64,000 bases of DNA from Bugula neritina (Eukaryota; Animalia; Bryozoa): the NCBI GenBank assembly GCA_964035545.1, contig OZ037766.1, positions 9,042,722-9,106,721 of the forward strand. Reading direction: 5' to 3'. Below the pieces are notes generated by a model. The model saw only the letters and a program-made list of their open reading frames with translations, ran no database searches and was not told where the DNA came from. Of this stretch, positions 53,003 through 64,000 are shown piece by piece (the stretch's first letter is position 1; the number at the start of each line of letters is the position of its first letter). The translations under genes were made by a program, and so were the position numbers.

Positions 53003-56000
53003 CTAATCACAGTTGAGTTTCTTGAATGTTCCGGTAATTCCTCCGGCGGCATCAGCTTGTTTATGGCTATTATCAGCAACAGCCTCTACTCGCTTGATAC
53101 CGTATCTCTCCCGAGATATAAACTCATCTTCACTATTTGCCATCTCCTCAGCCCAACTCTGCATCGAAATAATACCTCGATTGATTTCTTAGTTATAAAT
53201 AAAATGTTTTATAGAATTCACAATAAGCATCTTATCCATTGTGCATCCAGCTTATAATGAGCCCAATTCGGTGAGACTACACAGCTGTTTCAGCTTGAAG
53301 GAACCATTAAAATTACAGATTATTAAAAAAATTGAGCTTATTTTCATTGAACAACTAAAACGGCAGAGACATCAGAAGAAAACTTTTTAAACTCTAAAGC
53401 TTGTCAATCCGTGGATTTTAGTAGTTCACCCTATCAGTTAATACAAATTAACACTATTTGAATATTTAGTCAACTCTTGGGCAGTTTCTATAAACTCCAA
53501 AACATTCATAGAAAAGTATGGACGAATTGTTATGAGCTGTCCTACATATTATTATACTAGACACTTGCTATTAACTAAGGTAATATTGACAGCTACCTTG
53601 ACATAAGGCTCAGTAACAAGAGTGCCCCCTAGGCTCTCTGGCAGCATATCAACACTAAAGTGCTCCTTCAAGTACTCAGGTGATGAGTGAATGTGTATCT
53701 GCAATATAAAATACAGCGTGTCTATATTATCTAAAACTGTTATGTAACATGGTGCAGGTGGTGCATACCCTTACATTGAGTTACACAAGTTACTTCAAAA
53801 CCTTGCAAATGATAGCAATTGCTGAGCATCTACACATGTCATATATGACTTTTAGGATATTATACAATCGAAGAAAATGTGTACTGCAGCTGTAAGTGCT
53901 CTTACGGTTAACATACACTGCAGCACTACAGGTGTCTTACAAAAAAAGAATTTTTTTAAAGCATGTCATGCATAACGTATGAAAGATCAAAACACTTCTA
54001 ACTTACTCTGCTTTTCAGTTTGTCAGACATAAACTGCTTGACCATGGCAAACACATATTCAAAGAAATGAGGTACATTGACATAGTGTATTCCCTTAACT
54101 CTGCAAGGCATGGCATGCTGTAAAACACATCAATGCTTAGTATAATCATAGAAATGAGGGGTAATATATGTAATATAGCTCAATCACCTCAACTTGATAG
54201 AGTTATAAAGATGGCTATCAATTTTGAACCTATTAATATTATGTTAATCTATATACATCAGAGAGATTAATTTCAATCAGACAAAGAATTAAGTGATGTA
54301 GGATGTTGCATGATTTGTTTTCAAAAATAATCTTACTGTATGATTTATCAAAATTTGTCTTTAAACAATATTTTTATGACCTTGTTAAATATTGAGTTAT
54401 TGCAAAAACGATTCGGGCAAACAGTCAGCTCTTGTTAGTTTCTATCAAGTTTACATTTTTGTGAGGTGACCAAAAATGGAATATCTTGAAACAGTTGTTA
54501 TTATAAGTCAACATAACTTTAAAATGCAGTGTTGAAATAAAATAATCAAGTTAATTTTGAGCATCAAAGCCACAATTAATACTGCTCAACAAATGCATAT
54601 TAAAAAAGAGTAGAATTGATTAGGACACCAACCTGCAAGATAGCCATAGTGCGTTTAGCAATAAATGGATTCATACTCTTAGCATGAGCCCAGGTGAGTT
54701 GGTTTACATCCATAAGCATCACTATCCCATTCACCTGCACCTCTTCACTCTAGCAAATGAAATGTCAGCCTTAATATTCATAAACCTTTCGAATTACAAA
54801 TACTTTGAACATTAGGAAACACTGCGAACAGATTTTCCTGTTGATGGGTACACTGAACTCTGTGTATATAGAACCATAAAATAAATCCCATTTTACTACA
54901 AACTTATATTATCAATTTTACAGTATAACTTTTCAGCCCAAATCAGGCGTTATTTTATTGGATAATTCTTAGAATGAAACTGCATGTGTATTTGAAGATT
55001 AGAAGATTATATGAAATTTTAAATGCAAAATTGTAAGTCTTTACCCGGATTACTTTCTCGACCTGCATAATGTTTGCTCTGATTACATCATCAAGGCCAC
55101 CAGTACTTGGATCCCAGAGAGCTGAAAATAACAACACATGTATTTTACTGAAACAAACAATCATACTAGCTACACTTGTATGACAGTAAAAAAAATTGAA
55201 TTATTTTTAAAGTTACCACTATTAACAAAATAAATGCATGTATAAAAAATTATCTAAATAACACAAAAAGGAAAAAGTGAAAAATTGAAATAAAAGCTAT
55301 ACATGATAATCTACAGCAAATATTAAACTTATTATAACTATTTACATCTTTAAGAAGTAGCTGATTTGAAAGTAATTCTAGCAAAAACATGATTTAATTG
55401 AAATTACAATGATACACGCACATCTCTTTAATGTTTAAAAATGATGCTTCATCGACTTTAAAGTTGAATATTCACATTTTTGCTTTTATACCTGAACTCA
55501 AACTAAACAGCCATATGTGAGTAATAATATAATACCTAGCCTAACCAGCAACGGCACAGGATCAGTTTCTTTTGACTTGGGCAACTTAAGGTACATTCCC
55601 TTTTCATATTTTTCTTTTGCAAACGACGGGCGATACTTTTTGTAAAAATCTGGGTATTCTATTCTGACCTCATAATATCTAGAGAAATTGAAGAATAAAT
55701 TATTATTTCAACCTTGAAACAGGGCACATCATCTTCATGCATATGAAACAGCAAACTCACAAAAACTGATTGTTTACAACCAACAATAGCACAACATTAA
55801 ACCTCAAAACCAAATATACCTTCTAACGAGCTTGGCAGCATTTTCATAGTCAAACTTACGAGCTCTCAAAAACATCAATAGGAAGTTATCGTCTTCAAGG
55901 GGACAGTGCAAAGCTACAATTATACTATATATTATGAAGTTGAATGAAAGTAAATGCTGGTTTATATAAATTTAATGCCACCAACAATGATGCAGATAAA

Positions 56001-56315
56001 CAGCTGGAAAATAACCACCTTATAAATAACAATATGCTAAATATCTGCATTGAATTGAAGATGCAAAATAAGTTTTGTTTTGTACTTTGGTAACACAGTG
56101 TATGTTCTTTTTACAGCTGTCAGCCATTGCATACTTGCATATGTTAGTGAAATGAATATTTATATGTACAATCTATAGATGTTTATAAAATAGATTTTAC
56201 CCAAATCTGACTTCAACAGGTCCCGCAATGCTTGAATGTCTCGATCTCTCCATTCCACTTTTTCACCTAGCTCATTTTTAGCCTTTTCTTGCAAGGCTTC
56301 ACTTAAGCTAGACAT
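53003..56315 (-). CDS. CRAL-TRIO lipid-transfer protein, copy C (most divergent), 8 exons (56315-56201, 55913-55820, 55678-55536, 55121-55045, 54749-54633, 54117-54007, 53698-53597, 53158-53003), 304 aa
   Basis: EKAKNELGEKVEWRDRDIQALR, DDNFLLMFLRARKFDYE, QVNGIVMLMD, MPCRVKGIHYVN, MLPESLGG and GTFKKLNCD; same intron positions as A and B. Confidence 0.94.
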
Positions 56316-56629
56316 ACCTGCCTTATTACGCAACTATTTTATCTAGAACAAATCAGTTCAGGATACAAGTTTAAAAGTACTGTACTTAGTAGTACAGCAT
56401 GGTAAGTCTCCCATTAAACTTTCAAAGATATAAGTAATACATTTATGTTCTTTGTTCCTGACATATATTAGTGAAGTATCTTGACCAATAGAATTTGTGC
56501 GCAATACTGTTGCCTGATGGAATAGTTATAGTGCTTTAAACCACATGTCTATGTCAGCAGGCTTTATGACTATTGCTGAAAATTTAGCTACAAGTCTAAA
56601 AACAGCTCAACGGATCAAATTTAATAATA

Positions 56630-57480
56630 TTAAATACATATATATTAGAGATAAGTATTACATTTACTGTACTACTATTAGTATTAGTATAAGTATATCT
56701 ATTTTCACATTGACTAAGTTTTAGAATAACTTATAATAATAATGATAAATATAAGTAAAGTTATATGATAAGTATACATTATAATAACATTAACAGTAAC
56801 ATTACTATTAGAAATAATAAATTAAATATAAATAATAATCATAATATTAATATGAAATCAGAAAGGCCCTCGACCGAGGTACACTTACACACTGACAACT
56901 GTAATACTTCAAAGTCTTTATAGTTCATACCGATAATGATAGCAAGCATAATAATATTAATAATATCATTAGACCTAGTAATAGACATATTTATAGTGAT
57001 AGTATAACTATAAGTTAAGTATAAGTAATAGTAATACTAAAAGTAATAGTAATAACAATAAGTAACACTAACAGTAACACTAATGACTAATAGTAATACT
57101 AATAGTAATACTAATACTCATTACAGTAATACTAATAGAACAATAGTAATACTATTAGTATTACTATTAGTATTAGTAATACTAATACTAATAGTAATAG
57201 TGATAGTAATACTTATAGTTATACCAATACAGTAAGGCTAAGTCTAAGAGTAATACTAATACTCTAAGACTAACACTAAGTCTAACAGTAACACAGTATC
57301 AGTATGACTATGAGTAATACTAATACTAATAATATTACTATTAGACATTAGTATTACTAAATTACTATAAGTATTACTGTAAGTGTAAGTGTAATAGACT
57401 AACAGTTATAGTAATAGTAATACTAATATTATTAATATTACTCTATAAGTGTTACTACTATTAGTATTACCATTAAATTT
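56630..57480. repeat. Degenerate hexamer-periodic quasi-palindromic tract 2 (5' region of CRAL-TRIO copy C)
   Basis: AGTAAT AGTAAT ACTAAA AGTAAT AGTAAT, AGTAAC ACTAAC AGTAAC ACTAAT, and inverted ACTATT AGTATT runs. Confidence 0.88.
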
Positions 57481-57484
57481 AATA

Positions 57485-57750
57485 GGCTTGCCCAGTTCAG
57501 TGATATTGCGCACGTAATAATTAAAATTAACGGGCCACTGACTTTGGCCTCGACCGTCTAACCTGGTGATCTCAGCTAGCGGTGATAGGTGCTGAGAGAA
57601 CAGTTTAGCAGGTTATAAGTTGTTGAATTTATATTGGATATAATTATCAACGGTAACGGTAAAAATACCTACAGTGTGTTAGCTTTGTCTCCTAAGTTAG
57701 CGCGCGTTAATATTGCATGGATGCCATCCGTGGTTAGGAACAGGCGTAAT
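57485..57750. promoter_or_regulatory. Putative bidirectional CpG-enriched promoter between divergent CRAL-TRIO copy C (-) and SIVA1 (+)
   Basis: About 270-bp GC/CpG-rich island (TGCGCACG, CGGGCC, TCGACCG, GCGCGCG, ATTGG box) roughly midway between two head-to-head start codons, each preceded by a candidate splice acceptor. Confidence 0.6.
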
Positions 57751-58600
57751 ATTTTAATTATAACACTAACAGTAACTGTAAGTCAGTGGTAGTATATGTA
57801 AGTGATTATGATTAGGATGATCGTAAAGTTAAAGATCTTTATAATCATGATGATATTAATTGAAATTGTAATAATTGTTATCTATAAGTATAACTAATAA
57901 CATTAAATATAATTATAAGTAATACTAATAAGTAATAAAGTATAATTTAAACTATAACTATAAGTATAACTATAAGTCATAAGTGATTACTATAACTATA
58001 AGTATAAATATTAAATAACTTAGTATTACTATTAGTATTAGTATAACGTTAACTATAAGATTAAGTATAAGAATAAGTATAAGACTAAGTAAATAACTAT
58101 AAGTGTAACTCATAAGTTCAATTTGAGCTAATGCTAATAGTAATACTAATAGTAATAGTAATACTAATAGTATAACTATAAGATTAAGTACTATTAGTAA
58201 TACTGAGTATTAGTATTACTGTATTACTATTAGTACTATAACTCTAAGACTAAGTCTATAACAATAACTATAAGTATAACTATAAGATTAAGTATAATAA
58301 TAAATATAAGTAAGTAAATGTATTAATGTAATTTTATTATTTATCTTAAATTTAATTGAAATATTGAATTTAATATTGGTATTTAAATTAGTGTTAGGTA
58401 CTGTTACGCTGTGACACATGCTCATACCATAGTGAGTTATATTAATCTCAAATTTATGTGGACTATCACTATGTATTGAGTTTTACTTTTACTGATATTC
58501 ATAAATCATGACATAAGCATAATGATGATGTAAAGGGCAAACTCTAGCACTAAAAGTAACTGTTAAAAATCAAACTAAGCATACGTTATTGATAGATGTT
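57750..58600. repeat. Degenerate hexamer-periodic quasi-palindromic tract 3 (5' region of SIVA1)
   Basis: AGTAAT ACTAAT AGTAAT AGTAAT ACTAAT AGTATA ACTATA AGATTA from 58139; ACTATA/AGTATA runs. Confidence 0.88.
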
Positions 58601-59118
58601 ATAGTTTTCTAATATTGTACTCTTAAATTTGAAAGTTACATGTTGAAAGTTTCAAGTCTCACACACAGGTTCCATATGCATTTTAGTTATTATGGGAAAT
58701 AGCTTAAATAGGTGTTGGTTTTTCTCTGGTTGTACATAGATTTAATTTCTGCAGTTTTTTATGTTGCTATAGGTTAAGGAAAGGGCTTCATTTTTTTTAA
58801 TTCTTTGGGGAAAGTTAGCAAAGTAGCCAATGCCTGTGTTCCTTTCTTTTATTCTGCAGGTGCATCAATTCCATCACTATTTGATCTTCAAAGACAACAC
58901 ATATTTAATTACTAATCGACACAAACTTGTATACCATTCCAATTTTGTGTAACTGCTGCAACTATAATTTTAATTATACCAGCATATGAACTGCAAATTG
59001 CTCCATATTTGTAGATTTGTTTTAGATTCTCCTTCAAAGTTTTGTGATATTTGAGGCTACAATTTTCCTTTGAATATAGCTTTGAGCTGAAAAATCTTCA
59101 ATACTTCCTTACTCCAAT

Positions 59119-61036
59119 ATGCCAAAAAGAAGTTGTCCTTTTGCCGAAAGCCATGCACCACAAATGAAGAATCACATTGGCTTAAAGGAGATTAATTTAG
59201 GTGTGACGAGTCATGAAAGAATGGAGGAAGTATATGGTAATTTCAGTCTACTTTAACTTAATTTATAATTTATAAACTGTGTCTTTGTTTTTGAAAATTA
59301 ATTCAAATTTTGATATAAATTATGTTTACATATATTTTTAGATAGAACACTGAAACTGCTTTATGACGGTGCCCGAAAGGAAAATTCATGTCCACAAACC
59401 CCTACAACTTACCCTGTCATTGTTCAAAAGCTGAATGTTCTTCCTGGCCAGCGTAAATTGAATTTTTATGGACAACTAGATGGCTGCTATACATCTAACC
59501 AGTGTGAGCTATTGCTTATAAATTTGTTGATAAAATTATTTTTGTGATCGAATTTAGGAGTCGTTCTCTATTTTCAGTGTCAAAACTGTGAAATTACAAT
59601 AAAAATAAATGAAATCTGAAGTATCACCACATTGCATAATGCTACAGTATGTTGGGCACTTTTGGAACATAAAGTTTTTTATATGTCACGACTTTCTTTA
59701 AAAAGCTTTTATATCAATTAGTGTAGCATAATTGCAGATTGAAGATTTTCAACAATAGATGATTTAAAGTTAAGCATGAATTCCAACATTAACAGTGTGA
59801 TTAAGAGATATGCCATTCCTACTGTGTACCAAATTGATTTTTTAGTAAAATTATGTTTTTATAGGTAAATCTCAGAAGAAATTTTTGCCGATAGCCTGCA
59901 GTTCGTGCCAGAGTATTCCATCTGTACCATCAACATGTCATTTCTGTGAGAAATGTTTATGTGAGATGTGTAGCCGTCTGTGCAGTGACTGCAACTACTC
60001 ATTCTGCTCAGACTGCTCCAGTCCCAGGTTTGTTATTTTTAATTTGTCATGTTCATGCTTTATCTCAAACCTTTTTTTGAATGCTGCAAATGTCCCACTT
60101 TTGTGATGAAACCAATATCCTAAACATTGACTAATGTAACTGCATATTATTATTTTTGCACAGTGTTTCTGACCCTGCAAAATATCCAGGGTTCATTATC
60201 TCATTACTAAAACCAGTAACCACCAAAAGTGATCGTGGTTTTTGCTGTACCTTTTTATATAGACAAACCTCAATTTCATTCAGTAATATATCAATAATAT
60301 GCAGCTACATAATCTAATATTTAGTATGTTGATTTCATCACAAAAACTGAGCCATTTGCAGCAGTAAAGCAAAGACTGGAGATGGTTCTTAAAATCGGCT
60401 TATTTTTATTGTCTGATCAGTTTAGGAATTATGTATTATACAAGTAAACAAGCACATTTTCTCACAGTTTTTCCTATCGGTCAAATTCGCAAGCACAGTG
60501 AAAAACTTTTCTCTGATTCTATTAAACAAAAATTTGTCATTTACGGAAATGTCTATTTTATTCATGCTGAAATGTATCACTGTGCTTTTTTTCTATGCTA
60601 TCCTTTTCACGAAACTGTTTCTATGCTGATAGACCTTCATCAGACAAGAAGCAGGCGTTTAGTGAGCCTAAAATACATATGGTTGCATTAATTCTAGTTT
60701 TTAGGCACTTGAGTCAGTAATTTTCTAGCCACCATTAGAATATATAAAACTTAGTTGCAATAAGGATCGGAGTTATCCACTTTTTATAATAATATATTGA
60801 TTTAGTAATTATGTTACCTTGGTGTACTTTTTGTTGCTTTGCATCAAATATGACTTGGAATATTCTTAGTTCTTACATCTTACTATTTGATACTAATATT
60901 ATGTTAGCTGTGTCGCTCAACCCATTATCATACATTCATTTTAATATTTGTGTAAGCATTATAACATTATATATAAATGTTTTGTAGATATGAATCTCAT
61001 GATGTGGAGAAATCTATATGCCTAAGCTGCATATGA
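59119..61036 (+). CDS. SIVA1: Apoptosis regulatory protein Siva, 4 exons (59119-59236, 59342-59503, 59865-60027, 60988-61036)
   Basis: N-terminus MPKRSCPFAE..QMK.HIG..E..EEVYDRTLKLLYDGA matches the Siva MPKRSCPF signature; C-terminal Cys-rich zinc fingers CSSC..CHFCEKCLCEMC..CSDC..FCSDC..ICLSC; phases consistent. Confidence 0.93.
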
Positions 61037-61629
61037 TGCAATCACTTGGAGCAAAAACTTTCAACTCAGTAAATAATTCTAGTCATTTCAGTAGTAAAGA
61101 TTTTTTCCAAGCGCTTCATTTATAGTACAGTCTTCATTTCATAAATCACCGATTTTTTTCAAAGAAATTCTGGAAAACTTTTTAAAAGCCATTTTATGTA
61201 TTTCTTTTTCTTGTTTTATCACCTTTCCATATTTTATTGACACTTGTACACGTGTATATTTTTGAAATTGGTGTAACAAAATGTTTTTGGTTTATTCCCC
61301 GGTTAATAAACAATTTTATATAAATCATTTCAATTTTTAAATTCCACCACATTTGTTGAGTGATCATTATTAATATACTTAAAACATAGAGTTTCATACT
61401 TTCACTTTTGTTGCTCTTACTTTTACTTCTAATAAATTCCACTTTCTTTCAGACATTTACTTTAATACTTTAATATGGCGATTGAAAAACACTGCAACCC
61501 ATTAAAAATAAAATAAAGATATGTCATGATTTGTTAAATACAAGTCATAATATTAGTGAAAGAATTACAATTAACAAAAGTTCACAAATCAACAGGACTC
61601 CAGTTATTTCAACTTGTTTTCTTGCACGA

Positions 61630-61885
61630 AATGTGGGGTTATCCTATCCCCAGTATTTTATAATCGCGCCGATAAATCTCTGAGTGTGCTTTTATTGGAT
61701 AACAACTTTTCGATTGCAATCGAAACTTTTTCATTTCCATTGTGTTCCCACTCATCGACCACACTTTCATTTTCAGGGATTCATATCTTTTATAATAAAT
61801 TTAATGCTCGTAAATGATGAATCTTGTGATAAAAAGCGATGCATATTGCAATTAATGCTATTCTTATAGACTGGATAATCTAATA
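61630..61885 (+). promoter_or_regulatory. Putative CpG-enriched promoter of the DDX46-like gene with a perfect 18-bp palindrome TTTCGATTGCAATCGAAA (61708-61725)
   Basis: ATCGCGCCGAT, ATTGG box and several CpGs between the SIVA1 3' end and the first coding exon. Confidence 0.55.
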
Positions 61886-62660
61886 GTGGTAGTTATAGTA
61901 ATATAAATATATAATTTTTACTTATAGTTATACTTATACTTATACTTATAGTTATAGTTATACTAATACTTTAAGTTTAACTTTAACTTAGTCTTATAGT
62001 TCGGTTATACTTATAGTTAATGTTATAGTTATACAATTATACTTATAGTTATACTTATTTAGTTTTATATTTACGTTTAGCTTTAGTTTTACAATTACAT
62101 TACGCTTACAGGATTACTGATTACTCATTAGACTTACTCTTAGTCATTGGTGATTAGTCATTAATATCACTTACACTTACAGTAACTCACAGTATAACTG
62201 TGAGTATTGTGTTTAGTCATTATGATTATTCATTATTGTTAGAGTTACTACTAGTAGTAGTACTAGTACTAAACCTAGTCATAGTGATAGTGGCTAATAA
62301 TTGCTCTATAATTAAGTTATACTTATACTTTATAGTTATAGAATCTTATAGTTATAGAGTAACTACTTACAGTTAGTGTTACACAATGACTATAAGTATA
62401 AGTATAATAATAAGTTTAATAAAATTTAATTTTATTGTTATTAATTTTAATTATATGTATATAGTTATATTTATTGTAACATCGACAATATATTAATTAT
62501 AATATAAATATAATACTAATACTAATAATTATACTATAACTAAGAGTGAGTAGTAGTAGTAGTAGTATTTGACTTAGTAATTACACGTACTAATTAATAT
62601 TATGATAATGATTATTATTTATTTATTATCATTATCTTACATAAATATGATTAGATCAGC
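61885..62660. repeat. Degenerate hexamer-periodic quasi-palindromic tract 4 (5' region of the DDX46-like gene)
   Basis: Eleven in-phase units from 61920: ACTTAT AGTTAT ACTTAT ACTTAT ACTTAT AGTTAT AGTTAT ACTAAT ACTTTA AGTTTA ACTTTA. Confidence 0.88.
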
Positions 62661-63214
62661 ATTTAAACTTAACATCAAATGTTGCAAAAGAATTAATACA
62701 AATGACAATATGCATACAGCTCTTTTCACTACTATTATTTAAAATTTTACTCAGTTTAATGATAGCATAAAATCTATGCTCTACCAGTTTTAATTTAAAT
62801 TTTAAAACTTTTCTCTGTTTCAACATAGTGATACTGGGCATTCTGAAGTAAAGCTAACTGCCATTCACATTCATAATTTCATTGTTATAGCTGATATTTA
62901 TAATCGTGGTTCCTAGTAGTAGAACTGATGTTAATATTTTATTATACCCAAACTTGAAATATAAATTTTACTTGAAAATAAGATTAAAGGTTGAGTTGTA
63001 CTGCAACTTGTAGTAGCAGAGAAATAAAGCTGTAGTAAACTTAGTAGTACTGGATTTGAAATAAATTCATGCTGCAATAGTATTGGCAGTAGCAGAAGTA
63101 TTGGTCTATTCTATGGTCTAGGTCAAAGATGTTATATTATGTTAATTTTTCATTGCCATTTGTAGAAAAAGAACTTTAAGTTTAAGGTTATAGTCAGCAA
63201 GTCATCAACTTAAC

Positions 63215-64000
63215 ATGCCCAGAGAAAGCAGGTAATGATTATTGCATAGTTATACTAGTTAATGTTTTGACTTGTGCATATTAATAAGAGTATGCTTTGA
63301 AGGATATGCAAGTTTAAGCATTTATACATTTCTAACAGACCCAGTAATTAATCAAAATTGAGGTTTTTGAAATTTTACTAAAACGCTTTATATTTATGCA
63401 ACCTGTAATATTATATTTTTATTACAATCGCCAACTCATTTCATGACGGTTAACTTGAATTTATAAGCCATAATAGAAAGTTTATTAAATGATATTTTAT
63501 GATAATACATTGCAATATAGTTTGTTTTGTCAACTGTCTTGTTCAGATGCTTACTGTGTGTTACCTGACTTTACTAGCTCAAAATGTTTTCAGATCCTAC
63601 AGAAAGAGAAGCAGGAGTCGATCAAAGTCTTCTGATCGAAAAGATGATAAAAAGACTTCTCGTCGGTCAAGATCCAGAGATCGTAAATATCGAAAACGAT
63701 CTCGCAGTCGAGATCGAAGGCGCTCAAGGTCTAGAGATAGGAAAAGGGCTAGGTCAAGAGACCGTAAGAGAAGTCGATCTGGAGATCGTAAAGAAAGGTG
63801 AAATCTGTAATGTTTTCATTGTACATAGCAGGTTGTTAATGTTAGCAAGACAATTTTTTGATTTCTTTTATTCGTTTGTTAATTCATCTCTCTGTTACAT
63901 TTTTTAACTTTGTTTTTAAATTTCATATGATTGCAGTCGCAGTAAGCGGAAGTCACGATCTCGTAGCAGGGAGAAAGATAAAAAAGAAGATAAAAGATTA
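63215..64000 (+). CDS. DDX46: RS-domain N-terminus of a probable DEAD-box splicing helicase DDX46/Prp5 (exons 63215-63231, 63594-63797, 63937->64000); continues beyond the window
   Basis: The spliced start MPRESR|SYRKRSRSRS resembles the DDX46 N-terminus MGRESRHYRKRS and is followed by RSRSRDR repeats and a KEDK-rich segment. The helicase core is not in the window, so another RS protein is not excluded. Confidence 0.72.

Noticed and set aside
56630-58600. Hexamer tracts as protein-coding (Ser/Asn/Thr-rich) or telomeric repeats
   Set aside because: Dense TAA/TAG stops on both strands, no ORF of 60 aa or more in the track, and no fixed G-rich unit such as TTAGGG or TTAGG

Overview
AT-rich, intron-dense eukaryotic (invertebrate animal-like) genomic DNA with GT-AG introns and no prokaryotic features. 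Exon chains were assembled by hand from splice sites, checking that reading frame is kept across introns. Gene order: PIGQ (-, 5' part, runs off the left edge), ASNS (-, complete), UBE2O (+, 29 coding exons), an uncharacterised type I membrane protein with probable LolA/ependymin-like repeats (+), three tandem CRAL-TRIO lipid-transfer paralogues (-) plus a pseudo-exon left by their duplication, SIVA1 (+), and the 5' end of a DDX46/Prp5-like RS protein (+). The most unusual signal is non-coding. The three CpG-containing, apparently TATA-less promoter cores (UBE2O, the divergent CRAL-TRIO/SIVA1 pair, DDX46) are each followed, only on the transcribed side(s), by a 0.8-0.9 kb tract of degenerate 6-nt units A[G/C]T-NNN full of micro-duplications and micro-inversions. 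The TATA-type promoters lack a strong tract. The ASNS promoter also shows TATA, Inr, CCAAT and two C/EBP-ATF (ATF4-type) amino-acid-response elements. Mechanistic interpretations are inference; no database searches were run.
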